Below, piece after piece: positions 1 through 10,265 of a stretch of 64,000 bases of DNA. Positions within the stretch are counted from its first letter, which is position 1; the number at the start of each line of letters is the position of its first letter. Made by a program: the position numbers and the translations under genes. The notes under the pieces are model-generated. The model made no database searches and was not told the DNA's origin. It saw only the letters and a program-made list of their open reading frames with translations. The DNA lies in the IMG/VR virus record IMGVR_UViG_3300027541_000009, positions 186,001-250,000 of that record. One strand, written 5' to 3'.

Positions 1-423
1 GGCGGTGGTGGTGGTGGCGGAGCTGGCGCTGATGGAGGAAGTCAAACCTATGGTGGAAGTGGTGGAAATGGACTCCAATATTCAATTACAGGAACACAAA
101 CTTATTATGGTGGTGGAGGAGGTGGTGGAGCATATCATCCATACCAATCACAAACTTCTGGTGGATTAGGTGGTGGTGGTAATGGTAATTGGTATACTGT
201 TGCTGGCGGTAATGGAACTGTTAACACCGGAGGTGGTGGTGGAGGAAATGATAGATATAGTAATGGAGAACCTGCTGGTAATGGTGGATCTGGCATTGTA
301 ATTATTGCATACAAAGACAGTTATCCAGCTGCCACTGTAGTAAGTGGAACTGTAACCAATCCAACTCGTTCCGGATATAGGGTTTATAGATTTACAACTT
401 CTGGTTCTATTCGTTTTAATTAA
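1..423 (+). CDS. C-terminal part of glycine-rich virion/tail-associated protein (5' truncated)
   Basis: Frame 1 open from base 1 to TAA at 421-423; GGGGG-rich, ends ...NGGSGIVIIAY...YRVYRFTTSGSIRFN, typical of phage Gly-rich domains. Confidence 0.75.
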   Translation, partial: GGGGGGGAGADGGSQTYGGSGGNGLQYSITGTQTYYGGGGGGGAYHPYQSQTSGGLGGGGNGNWYTVAGGNGTVNTGGGGGGNDRYSNGEPAGNGGSGIVIIAYKDSYPAATVVSGTVTNPTRSGYRVYRFTTSGSIRFN

Positions 424-437
424 TTAAGGAGAAAAAT

Positions 438-824
438 ATGGCACATTTTGCAGAAATTAATCACGAAAATCAAGTTCTTCGTGTAGTCGTTGTCGGAAAC
501 GATGATTGTAGAGACCAATATGGTCAAGAATCTGAAGAAGTAGGAATTGCATTTTGCAAGTCTCTCTTTGGAGATTATACAAACTGGAGACAAGCAAGCT
601 ATAATGGCAGTCTAAGGAAAAATTATCCATCAGTTGGATACACTTATGATGATATGAGAAATGCTTTTATTCCACCAAAACCTTATGAAAGTTGGAGATT
701 AAATGAGGCAACTTGTTTATGGGAATCTCCAGTGCCCATGCCAGAGCGAGATCCAGAAAATCCAGCAATCTATAACTGGGATGAGCAAAATCAAGAATGG
801 AAGAAGGTGGAGATTAGTCAATAA
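438..824 (+). CDS. Hypothetical protein (MAHFAE-type, usually found next to Gly-rich tail proteins)
   Basis: 128-aa ORF with AGGAG SD; motifs RKNYP..G.TYD..R.AFIPPKPYESW and WESPVP.P. Confidence 0.8.
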   Translation: MAHFAEINHENQVLRVVVVGNDDCRDQYGQESEEVGIAFCKSLFGDYTNWRQASYNGSLRKNYPSVGYTYDDMRNAFIPPKPYESWRLNEATCLWESPVPMPERDPENPAIYNWDEQNQEWKKVEISQ

Positions 825-1597
825 TGGCATATACTTTTGAAAAATATGGGACCTTTACTGGTCCCGGAACAAATGTTGAATTTAGAGATAATGACGATTT
901 TTCATTAGACCCATTTGATGGTTACTTTAACCTAAGCGATGTTTCAATGCTTTTGGTTAACACTACAGCATCTCCATCAGATTATGTTACTCTGCATTTG
1001 GATGGAAGTAGTACTTCCAATGTAACTCTAGAGAGAAACAGTGGTCCTATTCCAACTTTTAACATTGAGGCAGATCTAACTAACTTTAGTAAAGATGTTT
1101 ATATTGATCGCAATCTTGAAGTACAAAAAACTCTAACAGCAGAGAATTTAATATGGGGAGGAAGATCATTAAATTCTGCAGCTAGTAGCTGGGATGGAAA
1201 AAAAGGATTTGATATTCCCCATCCAACAAAACAAGACCACAGGCTAAGATATATTTGCGTAGAAGGTCCATCTGCAGAAGTTTATTTGAGGGGAAAACTT
1301 AAAGATTCAAATACAATTGAACTTCCAGAATACTGGAGAAATCTTGTAGATTTTGAAACACTTGGAGTAACATTAACTCCTGTTGGACATTATCAAGAAT
1401 TGTTTGTTGATAAAATTGAATGGGGTACAAAGATTATTGTAAAAAATAATTCTGGTGCCACAATCAATTGCGATTACACTGTCTTTGCTGAAAGAAAAGA
1501 TACAACTAAAAATATACCAGAATATGAAGGCTTGACACCTGAAGACTATCCAGGAGATAATAGAGAGTATGTTATTAATGGAAAAAGATATACTTGA
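824..1597 (+). CDS. Tail-associated structural protein with C-terminal FDIPHP..LRY.C.EGP domain
   Basis: 257-aa ORF; C-terminal domain of a type common at the ends of phage tail proteins. Confidence 0.65.
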   Translation: MAYTFEKYGTFTGPGTNVEFRDNDDFSLDPFDGYFNLSDVSMLLVNTTASPSDYVTLHLDGSSTSNVTLERNSGPIPTFNIEADLTNFSKDVYIDRNLEVQKTLTAENLIWGGRSLNSAASSWDGKKGFDIPHPTKQDHRLRYICVEGPSAEVYLRGKLKDSNTIELPEYWRNLVDFETLGVTLTPVGHYQELFVDKIEWGTKIIVKNNSGATINCDYTVFAERKDTTKNIPEYEGLTPEDYPGDNREYVINGKRYT

Positions 1598-2271
1598 GTA
1601 AAATACACGAATTATTTCCTTTGATAATTTATCAAGGTGATGTCCAATGTCATGAAGAATTTAAAAAAAATAATTTAGATCGTCTTCGTGATTATTGGTT
1701 TAATGGATATGAGAACGAAAGTCCTGAGTACTCTGGAAAAATATTTGTCCATTCAAAAGAAGAATATAAGTCTTTTTTTAAAGAACTTCGTACTCACATA
1801 GACAATTACTTCAAAATTCTCAATGTAGATTATAGTAAACTGAGTTATCACAACATCAAATCGTGGGTTGGATGCCATTTTAGTGATGAAGAACCACCAT
1901 TAAAACCACATACGCACAATGAATCTAATTTAAGTTATGTTTATTATCTAAAGACTGACGAAACTTCTGATAGATTGTGTATTGTTCAGGATAAAAATAA
2001 AAATGAATGTGTTGGTGGAATATTTGAAACATCCTCTCAAAACAATTTAATCAGTAATTACAATAAGTATAATTGCAATTACTATACGATTACTCCAAAA
2101 GAAGGGACAGTTGTTATCTTTCCGAGTAATGTTGGTCATTTTACGCAAAAGTTTACGGAGAGAAAAGAAGAGCGTATTGTAATTCCTGGTGATATTCGTG
2201 TTACTTTGAAAGAAGAACATTTTAACTATCACCAGAGTTCGACGCACCCCTCTCAATGGTTGGAACTCTAA
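1594..2271 (+). CDS. 2OG-Fe(II) oxygenase-family protein
   Basis: HxH (PHTH), LSYVYYL, PKEGTVVIFPS..H and RIVI motifs typical of cyanophage 2OG-Fe(II) oxygenases. Confidence 0.85.
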   Translation: MSKIHELFPLIIYQGDVQCHEEFKKNNLDRLRDYWFNGYENESPEYSGKIFVHSKEEYKSFFKELRTHIDNYFKILNVDYSKLSYHNIKSWVGCHFSDEEPPLKPHTHNESNLSYVYYLKTDETSDRLCIVQDKNKNECVGGIFETSSQNNLISNYNKYNCNYYTITPKEGTVVIFPSNVGHFTQKFTERKEERIVIPGDIRVTLKEEHFNYHQSSTHPSQWLEL

Positions 2272-2275
2272 ACCC

Positions 2276-2304
2276 TTGACACCGACCCCTGACCGTGCTA
2301 TGAT
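2276..2304 (+). promoter_or_regulatory. sigma70-type promoter
   Basis: TTGACA-17 nt-TATGAT with extended TG, upstream of two small ORFs and the tRNAs. Confidence 0.8.
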
Positions 2305-2329
2305 ACATGGGTAATCAACGGACGACCGA

Positions 2330-2512
2330 ATGCAAGACGAGTACCTCTCACGCTGTGTTGTGGACCCTATCAAGCGTACAGTGTACCTGTATTCCAGTGA
2401 AGGTTCAGAAAAGCAAGTGACCTGTGATACGGTAGATGAATTTATGAATGTGCTAGAGTTCGTTCGTGCTACAGTGGATGAAGAAACTCTCTCTTACGCA
2501 AGTCCCCTATGA
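2330..2512 (+). CDS. Hypothetical protein
   Basis: 60-aa ORF directly downstream of promoter. Confidence 0.7.
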   Translation: MQDEYLSRCVVDPIKRTVYLYSSEGSEKQVTCDTVDEFMNVLEFVRATVDEETLSYASPL

Positions 2513-2715
2513 GTCCATATAAAATTTCATATAAAGACCTCAAAGAGGAACCAATCAAGACCACTCCAGAGAATGTAAAAGAGGCAAATGAAGCACTCTT
2601 TTCAGCAAAGTGGAATCTCCCTCAAGCAGCAAAGCACTGCGGAATGTCACAAAAAGAAATGAAGTTGACATTCTGGGAGTACATCAAGTATAATCCTACT
2701 ACTTACAAAGCGTAA
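2509..2715 (+). CDS. Hypothetical protein (possible small HTH)
   Basis: ATGA-coupled 68-aa ORF; NLPQAAKHCGMSQKEM resembles a helix-turn-helix. Confidence 0.65.
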   Translation: MSPYKISYKDLKEEPIKTTPENVKEANEALFSAKWNLPQAAKHCGMSQKEMKLTFWEYIKYNPTTYKA

Positions 2716-2722
2716 GTTTTTT

Positions 2723-2806
2723 GGGGCGGTGGTGGAATCGGTAGACACACCAGACTTAAAATCTGTTGGGCTTATGCCCGTGGGAGTTCAAGTCTCCCTC
2801 GCCCTA
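2723..2806 (+). tRNA. tRNA-Leu(TAA)
   Basis: Acceptor GGGGCGG/TCGCCCT, D-arm TGGTGGAATCGGTAGACAC, anticodon loop CT-TAA-AA, long variable arm, T-loop GTTCAAGT; no encoded CCA. Confidence 0.93.
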
Positions 2807-2848
2807 TGAGGTTATACCTCTAAATAAACAAAAGTAAGGGACTATTCT

Positions 2849-3118
2849 ATGAAATACAGAATAGATGCCAGATATGTTTGGTACAATCGCGGAACACAAA
2901 TTGTTCTGATGTATTTCATAAATCAAATTCCTTTTACTTTTGACGACCTTCCAGACGAATCAATATTCGATTTGGAACTTATCAAATTAGCAGATAACGA
3001 AAGAAGATTTGAACCAGAGGACCTTTATCAAGCATCATATTACTTAATGCTTGAAGAATGTCATCCTCTTATGTTTGAACTTGAACTGGAAAATCCAGAA
3101 ATGTTACCTGTTGATTAA
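2849..3118 (+). CDS. Hypothetical protein (late promoter-like CTAAATA upstream)
   Basis: 89-aa ORF between the two tRNAs. Confidence 0.7.
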   Translation: MKYRIDARYVWYNRGTQIVLMYFINQIPFTFDDLPDESIFDLELIKLADNERRFEPEDLYQASYYLMLEECHPLMFELELENPEMLPVD

Positions 3119-3119
3119 T

Positions 3120-3191
3120 GCCCTTGTAGCTCAGTGGTAGAGCAACGGTTTTGTAAACCGTTGGTCGCTGGTTCAAATCCAGTCGGGGGCT
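3120..3191 (+). tRNA. tRNA-Thr(TGT)
   Basis: Acceptor GCCCTTG/CGGGGGC, D-arm AGCTCAGTGGTAGAGC, anticodon loop TT-TGT-AA, T-loop GTTCAAAT. Confidence 0.95.
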
Positions 3192-3209
3192 CTGAGTTCT
3201 ATAACTCCA

Positions 3210-3368
3210 ATGTCACTTATTTCACAACAAGACCGTCAAATGGTCATTGAAGCACTTGAATATTATGTTCAAAAACTTAAGGAAGATAACTGCACTCCTG
3301 CCTCTATCAGTGCATTCCAAACACTCCTTAACTGGGTCGAACTGGAGCACTTCAAACATGAAAATTAA
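3210..3368 (+). CDS. Hypothetical protein (52 aa, MSLISQQDRQ...)
   Basis: Read manually; below the ORF-track cutoff; overlaps the next start. Confidence 0.55.
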   Translation: MSLISQQDRQMVIEALEYYVQKLKEDNCTPASISAFQTLLNWVELEHFKHEN

Positions 3369-3531
3369 TCTATGGTATTGTGAGTCCATGAAGCAGTGGC
3401 GTTGGATTCTCACTGATGATTCAAGACCAATCATTAAACAAGAATCTGGTCAACAACCATTTCTCCGTGATGCTATGAATGATGTAGCAAACACTGTAGA
3501 ATATATGATGGAATGTAAGCAACCTGAATGA
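3358..3531 (+). CDS. Hypothetical protein (MKINLWYC...)
   Basis: ATG at 3358 inside track ORF 3247..3531; ATGA-coupled to next gene. Confidence 0.6.
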   Translation: MKINLWYCESMKQWRWILTDDSRPIIKQESGQQPFLRDAMNDVANTVEYMMECKQPE

Positions 3532-4151
3532 AGTCTGACTTCTATATTGATAAAGTAACAAAAAAACAATCAGAAGAACTTTTACTAAAATACCATTATC
3601 TTAAAGATATATCAAAAGGATTCAAGTCTGGATATAATTACGGACTCTTTAAAAATAATGAGTTCTCTCCTTTGAATATAGGTGGTCTTCAAGGAGTTTG
3701 TATATTCACTGGACTGCCAGTACCTGAAGTAGCGAAAGGAGCATTTGGACTTGAAAGACACGAACAACAAGGACTCTTCGAACTCTCCAGATTATGCATC
3801 AGACCTGATACACAATCTAGTGAATATAACATCACTTCTTGGTTTGTTTCAAAAGCGATTAGACAACTTCGGAGAGATACTGAAGTTAAAGCAATCCTCT
3901 CTTATGCTGATAACGATTACCATTCTGGTACAATCTATCGGGCTTGCAATTTTAAATATTACGGTCTCACGGATAGAAAAAAAGATTTCTACTATTCAGA
4001 CGGAACTAAACACTCTCGTGGAAAAGTAAAAGGTTATGAAGGTGAGTGGAAAGAACGAAGTAGAAAGCACAGATATTTAATGGTATTTGATAAACAACTT
4101 CAAAAACGCTTGACTTGGAAAGAAGAGTCATGGTATAATATTGAGGTGTGA
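3528..4151 (+). CDS. Mom-like (GNAT-fold) DNA modification acetyltransferase
   Basis: Motifs KYHYL, GVCIF.G, ELSRLC, SWFVSKAIR.L, ILSYAD..YH.GTIYRACNF.Y.G characteristic of the phage Mu Mom family. Confidence 0.8.
   Translation: MKSDFYIDKVTKKQSEELLLKYHYLKDISKGFKSGYNYGLFKNNEFSPLNIGGLQGVCIFTGLPVPEVAKGAFGLERHEQQGLFELSRLCIRPDTQSSEYNITSWFVSKAIRQLRRDTEVKAILSYADNDYHSGTIYRACNFKYYGLTDRKKDFYYSDGTKHSRGKVKGYEGEWKERSRKHRYLMVFDKQLQKRLTWKEESWYNIEV
4110..4139 (+). promoter_or_regulatory. sigma70-type promoter feeding a short ORF-less transcript
   Basis: TTGACT-18 nt-TATAAT with extended TG. Confidence 0.65.
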
Positions 4152-4161
4152 AGGAAGTGCG

Positions 4162-4195
4162 AAAAGAGACTGGGAGTAATCCTAGTCTCTTTTTT
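4162..4195 (+). terminator. Rho-independent terminator
   Basis: AAAAGAGACTGGGA-GTAA-TCCTAGTCTC followed by T run. Confidence 0.85.
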
Positions 4196-4239
4196 CGTTT
4201 AATAAATAACTTATAACGGAAACTATAAGTATTAATAAG

Positions 4240-7200
4240 ATGGGTCTCTCCAGATTAGATAATTTTCTGAAATCAGTTCGTGGTACAATTATATACGTAG
4301 ATCCCAATAGTTTAGATTCTACGGATAGTGTTGAAAATCAAGGAAACTCTCTAACTCGTCCATTTAAAACGATTCAGAGAGCATTAATTGAATCTGCAAG
4401 ATTTTCGTATCAAAGAGGATTAAACAACGATAGATTCGGAAAAACTACGATTCTATTGTATCCGGGAGATCACTTAGTAGATAACAGACCCGGATATATT
4501 CCAGATGGAGAGAATAATTATAGACTGAGAAATGGACTAACTTCAAATGATTTCCCACCATTTGATTCCACAACAAGCTTTGATTTAACCGACAGAAATA
4601 ACTCTCTATACAAACTTAATAGTGTTTATGGTGGTGTTATTATCCCTCGTGGAACATCTATCGTTGGAATGGATCTTCGTAAAACAAAGATTCGTCCCCT
4701 ATATGTTCCGAACCCAACTAATGATAACATTGAGAGAACTGCTATTTTTAGAGTAACTGGTGGATGCTATTTCTGGCAGTTCACTGTTTTTGATGCAGAT
4801 CCAAATGGAATATGCTACACAGATTATACAGATAATCTATTTGTCCCTAATTTTTCTCACCATAAGTTAACAGTTTTTGAATATGCGGATGGTGTAAATG
4901 GTGTCAGAATTCAAGACGCATTTTATCCCTCTGCTTTAGAATATGATCGTACTGATCTTGACATGTATTATGAAAAGATTGGTCTTGCTTATGGAGCATC
5001 ATCTGGTCGTGCAATTGAACCAGATTATCCTTCAGCAAGTTTAGATATTGAACCAAAAATTGATGAATACAGAATTGTTGGATCAACTGGTCTATCAGTA
5101 GGAATAAGCAGTATTAAAGCTGGTAATGGAATCACCCCAACAAATAAAATTACAGTAACCACTGTAGATAATGTTCCTGGTTTAGAACCAGATACTCCAA
5201 TCAAAATTAACGGAATAGAAGTTCCTGGATATAATGGACAATATGTAATATCGGAAAAATTAAATGATACCACATTTGTCTATAGAGTTCAAAATGCACC
5301 ACAAGTAGCTTTACCATCACCAACTGGATCTACACTCGCTTTAGCATCCGATACCGTTAACTCTGCTTCTCCATACATCTTCAACTGTTCATTGCGTTCT
5401 GTATACGGAATGTGTGGACTTCTTGCAGATGGGGATAAGGCAAGTGGATTTAAATCCATGGTTGTTGCCCAATTTACTGGAATTGGACTACAGAAAGATG
5501 ATAATGCATTTGTTGTTTATAACTCTGACACGGGACTTTATGAAGACAATACAATAACTGGTAATGAAAATATAAGTTCCAATTCAAAAGCACTCTTTAA
5601 ACCAGCATATAAAAACTACCACATCAAATGTGTTAACGATGCATTCATTCAGAATGTCTCTGTTTTTGCAATTGGTTATGCAGAGCATTTTTCTGTTGAT
5701 ACTGGTGGAGACCAATCAATCACAAACTCCAACTCTAACTTTGGTGCGAAGTCATTAGTTTCAAGTGGATTCAGAAGAAATGCTTTCCCCCAAGATGATT
5801 TTGGTTATATCAGTCATATTATTCCACCAAAGGATGTTTCCCCAACAGAATATGCAATTGAATTTGACTCTATAGATGTTCAAAAAGTTGTAGGGGTTAC
5901 TACAACAAACGAAAGGTTATACTTATACGGTCAGACTGACCCAGATGTTCTTCCAGAAACCATAAAAGAAGGATATAGAGTTGGTGCAAAAGAGAACGAC
6001 TATCTAAATCTTACACTATCGGTTAATGAGACAGTAAAAGAATATCGCTCTCGTATTGTGATGCAGAATTCTCAAACGAGTTCTGAAAAGAGTTTTTATG
6101 TTGGTAGAAGCATTGTTGGAATTAATAGCATCGATACATCAAGCATCATTTCTTTTCCAACAGCTCATAATTTCGAAAATGGAGAAACAGTTCGCATTTT
6201 AAGTAGAAATGGACATTTGCCCGATGGGTTAATTCCAAATAATATTTACTATGCAATAACGAATGCAAATCCATTAAGTGGATTGACTACAAATACAACT
6301 CTTAAACTTGCAAAAAATTTAAATGATGCAATTAATGGAAATCAGATCACAATTAACTCAAATGGTGGAATTTTAAGAATAGTCAGTAGAGTTTCTGATA
6401 AGAATCCTGGAGATATTGGACACCCTGTTCAATATGATAATATTCAGCAACAATGGTATATAAAGGTAGCAACTGCATCAAGTGAAAATACAATTAATTC
6501 TATTATAAAGACTCTTGGTGTTTCTGCATTAGGAAATGCAACTCCAAGAACTTATATAACTCGTAAAAAAGATAATAGAATTTTATCGGATAGAATTTAT
6601 AGATTAAGATATGTAATTCCTGCACAAACTGGTAGATTATATGCAAGACCACCAAGTGATGGTTTTGTTATTCAAGAATCAAATGCTTCTATTGGGTCAA
6701 CCACTGGAGAAATACAAACATATTTTGGTACAGGAACTTTATCAAATATTAATCAACAAAGAAACTTCAAATTTATTGCTGATGCAAATTGGAGTGGAAA
6801 TGTTGCGAATATTTTAACAGAATTGCCACATAATTTATCAGTTGGTTCTCAAGTTGAACTTGTCAACATTAAGAGCGAATATAATCCAATTGGCGTATCC
6901 CAAACAGGATTTAATAGAGTATTTACAGTTTCTGGCATTTCAAGCTCCAGACAATTTTCGGTTGGATTAAATACAAATCCCGGCGAATATTTAAATGATA
7001 CCACAGAAAGAGATATAGATCTTCCATACTTCAAGAGAAAGAAATATACTTCAGTTTATTATATTCAACAAAACAAAGAGGTTCAAAAATACATACCAGA
7101 AAAACAAGATGGTATATATTACTTAACTATATTAAATTCCTCAAACGCACCCACAGTTACTCCATTTACAGAAGAAAAATATTCACAATCAATAAAAGAT

Positions 7201-10200
7201 CTTTACCCACAACTAAACAGAGACAATCCAGAATCTGATCCAGATGCAGCAAATTCATTTGCAACTCCATCTTTAATTGGACAAGTTGTTGTTGATGATG
7301 TACAAAATAGTATTACTAAAGAAACTATTAATGATTTTCTTAAAGATAATGATGTTGGAGTTGGTATTACTGACATCAAATCATCATCTCAAACAAATCA
7401 TGACTTTTATACATCAATAGAACATGGTCTAAATCGAGTCACTAAAGTAAGTATTGCAAATACTGGAGCAAAATATGTTCCCGGCACATATTATAATGCA
7501 AAATTAGTCGGATTTGTTGGGTCTGCTGCAGGTCAAGATGCAACTGCAAAAGTTGTAATTGACTCTTACGGAAGTCTTTCCCAAGTTCAAATTATGCATG
7601 GTGGTAGTGCATATGGAATCGGAAATACACTTGCTGTAGTCGGTATAGCAACAACAACTGGACACACTCACGGAGTTGTTACTGTTTCGAAAATTTATAA
7701 TAATGTTGGAGATGTAGTGAGGGTTTCTGGAATTTCTTCAGTCTCCTATTTGGAATATAATGATTTATATAGAATTACCGATGTTAAGGTTGGCGCTGCA
7801 AAGAGCTTTGTGGCAGTTTCAGCAAATCCCGTGCCTAATCGAAGTTCAACTGGGGTTGGAAGAACATTCTCAGAAAATTCCTTTGTTTATTTAACTGGAA
7901 GATCTATTGGAATTTCAACGATTAGATATACCCATACAACTGGAATTGCTACGATTGTAACATTAGAAAATCATGGTTTTAGTATAGACAATACTGTTAG
8001 ACTGAGTGGAAATCAACTTCCAATTCATAATGGAAGATTCTCTATTATTAATAATGTTGGGTTAACGTCCTTTGTAGTAAATGTTGGAATTGCTACCACA
8101 GCTCAAAACAGTACAAGTTTTGGTCATGTTTATCCAGAAGGAGTAACTTCAAATTATGGAGATATAAGTCCCGATAATGAAAATATTTCTGGAAGAGTGA
8201 ATTATAATTATGCTGGAATCACTACTACTTTGCTTTTTGGTATTACCGATGCAACCACGGATAATGTGACCATCCGAGGAATTGATAATTTGGATATTAA
8301 AATTGGAGATTACTTGCAAATAGACGGAGAAGTTGTAAGAGTTAAAACAACTGTACCATCAACAATTGTTAGTGGAGATCCAATTTTTGTATTTAGAGGT
8401 GCTCTTGGTACTAAAGCAGTAAGTCACAAAATTAACTCTACAGTAAGAAGAATAAGTGTAAATCCAGTTGAGTTAAGAAGAAATTCAATTATTCGTGCAT
8501 CTGGTCATACCTTCGAATATGTTGGATTTGGACCAGGTAACTATTCAACTGCTTTCCCCGATAAGCAAGATAGACAAACTTCCACAGAAGAAGAATTATT
8601 AGCACAATCTACAAGAAGAGAAGGTGGTGTTAATTTCTACACCGGTATGAATGATAAAGGAATTTCATATGCGGGTAATAAGAAATTAAGCACAGTTACT
8701 GGACAGGAAGAAGTATTTGATACTCCAATCTTAACCGTAACTGGTGAAGATATTGGAAATGAACCGTCTCTTAATGTTTTGACTGCTATTGAAGGGACTT
8801 TTAATCGTTCTATCCGTGTTGAAGGTGGGGCAAACGGAAGAGCAATTTCTGAGTTCAATGGACCAGTAGTTTTCAATGAGAAGATAACTTCAAATTCATC
8901 TAAAGGTATTGAAGTAGTTTCTCTCTTCTTACAAGGAGATGCAGCAGTCTCAAGAAAGCATACTGTAGGAATTTCTACTCCAGCACTTGCTGGTAACCCG
9001 GGTGATGTTCATTATAACGCTATTCCATCTACGGGTGATTATATTGGTTGGGTTTATACTAATAATAATAGATGGGAAAAGTTTGGAAGAATCTTCCCAT
9101 ATTCGGAAAATGCTGTTGGACTATCTGCAAATGGAAACTTTGTTGGTGTTGCATCCAACATAGACATAAGAGGATCTGGTCCGATTAAGATTAATGGTTC
9201 TTTTGGATCTGCGATAGGTATCGCAACCATTACAGTTTCTTCCGACAATATTGCTATTGGTCTCGCTAATAGTACCTCATATGTTGGATTAACAACTCAA
9301 ATTAAGTTTGTAGGCACAAATCTTCGTGTAGATACTCAATACAATACAACAACTGGCATTTCTACAGTCAATATTATTGGACTTGGTGAAACTTCAATTT
9401 ATAGAGCAAATCAGTTTATTAAATTGAACGCAACGCCAACTAATTTCTTAAAGGCAAATGGTGCAGATGCCCCATTATCATATTCCGAAGTTACCACAGC
9501 TCTTGGATTTGTTCCCACCAACAGTTCCTCTCTTACTGGTGCATATCCATTAGGAAACTCAGCTGTTGTTGATAGTATTGATCAGGCAATTAATGGTGGA
9601 CCTTTCAATGGTTCAAGAACTGATTTCTCCATGAAGATTAATGGTACTAACTATATACCATCAGGTAATGCGGCAAACCTTATAGTTTCTATTGGGGGAG
9701 TTATTCAGAAACCAGGAACTGACTATACAGTTCTACAAACTGCTGGGGATAACACAAATACAATTCGCTTTTTAACCCCACCACAGGCAGGAAAATCTCA
9801 CTTCATAGTTGCATTAGGTGCTCAGGGTGCATTATTATCTGATAACTCTTGGAAGAACAAAGGTGAACTTGTTGTTGGATCTGCAAACAACAGTGCAATA
9901 ATTGTTGGACCTGGACCTGAAGGTACTATGTTAACAATTGATTCAACTGTAGGTGCTGGCATAACTTGGAAAAATCTATATTCAACAACATCGACTACAG
10001 CAAACAAAGTGTTAGTTAACAAGGAATTTTGTTCCGTAACTCAAAATAATACCACAATAACTTTGCCAACAAATCCAGTGGCTGGGTGGTTTGTTACAAT
10101 AAACAACACAGGCAATTTCCAAAATATTACCATCGCAAGAAATGGTAGTTTACTCATGGGACTTGCGGAAGACATGATAATGGATGTCGGTTATGTTTCG

Positions 10201-10248
10201 CTGAATCTCATGTTTGTAAATAGCACCATTGGTTGGCGATTATTCTAA
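4240..10248 (+). CDS. Large virion structural protein (tail fibre/baseplate-associated)
   Basis: 2002 aa, G/S/T/N-rich beta-type composition, late promoter ATAAATA at about 4203-4209, in tail gene cluster. Confidence 0.8.
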   Translation: MGLSRLDNFLKSVRGTIIYVDPNSLDSTDSVENQGNSLTRPFKTIQRALIESARFSYQRGLNNDRFGKTTILLYPGDHLVDNRPGYIPDGENNYRLRNGLTSNDFPPFDSTTSFDLTDRNNSLYKLNSVYGGVIIPRGTSIVGMDLRKTKIRPLYVPNPTNDNIERTAIFRVTGGCYFWQFTVFDADPNGICYTDYTDNLFVPNFSHHKLTVFEYADGVNGVRIQDAFYPSALEYDRTDLDMYYEKIGLAYGASSGRAIEPDYPSASLDIEPKIDEYRIVGSTGLSVGISSIKAGNGITPTNKITVTTVDNVPGLEPDTPIKINGIEVPGYNGQYVISEKLNDTTFVYRVQNAPQVALPSPTGSTLALASDTVNSASPYIFNCSLRSVYGMCGLLADGDKASGFKSMVVAQFTGIGLQKDDNAFVVYNSDTGLYEDNTITGNENISSNSKALFKPAYKNYHIKCVNDAFIQNVSVFAIGYAEHFSVDTGGDQSITNSNSNFGAKSLVSSGFRRNAFPQDDFGYISHIIPPKDVSPTEYAIEFDSIDVQKVVGVTTTNERLYLYGQTDPDVLPETIKEGYRVGAKENDYLNLTLSVNETVKEYRSRIVMQNSQTSSEKSFYVGRSIVGINSIDTSSIISFPTAHNFENGETVRILSRNGHLPDGLIPNNIYYAITNANPLSGLTTNTTLKLAKNLNDAINGNQITINSNGGILRIVSRVSDKNPGDIGHPVQYDNIQQQWYIKVATASSENTINSIIKTLGVSALGNATPRTYITRKKDNRILSDRIYRLRYVIPAQTGRLYARPPSDGFVIQESNASIGSTTGEIQTYFGTGTLSNINQQRNFKFIADANWSGNVANILTELPHNLSVGSQVELVNIKSEYNPIGVSQTGFNRVFTVSGISSSRQFSVGLNTNPGEYLNDTTERDIDLPYFKRKKYTSVYYIQQNKEVQKYIPEKQDGIYYLTILNSSNAPTVTPFTEEKYSQSIKDLYPQLNRDNPESDPDAANSFATPSLIGQVVVDDVQNSITKETINDFLKDNDVGVGITDIKSSSQTNHDFYTSIEHGLNRVTKVSIANTGAKYVPGTYYNAKLVGFVGSAAGQDATAKVVIDSYGSLSQVQIMHGGSAYGIGNTLAVVGIATTTGHTHGVVTVSKIYNNVGDVVRVSGISSVSYLEYNDLYRITDVKVGAAKSFVAVSANPVPNRSSTGVGRTFSENSFVYLTGRSIGISTIRYTHTTGIATIVTLENHGFSIDNTVRLSGNQLPIHNGRFSIINNVGLTSFVVNVGIATTAQNSTSFGHVYPEGVTSNYGDISPDNENISGRVNYNYAGITTTLLFGITDATTDNVTIRGIDNLDIKIGDYLQIDGEVVRVKTTVPSTIVSGDPIFVFRGALGTKAVSHKINSTVRRISVNPVELRRNSIIRASGHTFEYVGFGPGNYSTAFPDKQDRQTSTEEELLAQSTRREGGVNFYTGMNDKGISYAGNKKLSTVTGQEEVFDTPILTVTGEDIGNEPSLNVLTAIEGTFNRSIRVEGGANGRAISEFNGPVVFNEKITSNSSKGIEVVSLFLQGDAAVSRKHTVGISTPALAGNPGDVHYNAIPSTGDYIGWVYTNNNRWEKFGRIFPYSENAVGLSANGNFVGVASNIDIRGSGPIKINGSFGSAIGIATITVSSDNIAIGLANSTSYVGLTTQIKFVGTNLRVDTQYNTTTGISTVNIIGLGETSIYRANQFIKLNATPTNFLKANGADAPLSYSEVTTALGFVPTNSSSLTGAYPLGNSAVVDSIDQAINGGPFNGSRTDFSMKINGTNYIPSGNAANLIVSIGGVIQKPGTDYTVLQTAGDNTNTIRFLTPPQAGKSHFIVALGAQGALLSDNSWKNKGELVVGSANNSAIIVGPGPEGTMLTIDSTVGAGITWKNLYSTTSTTANKVLVNKEFCSVTQNNTTITLPTNPVAGWFVTINNTGNFQNITIARNGSLLMGLAEDMIMDVGYVSLNLMFVNSTIGWRLF

Positions 10249-10265
10249 ATTAGGAGGTTACTAAA

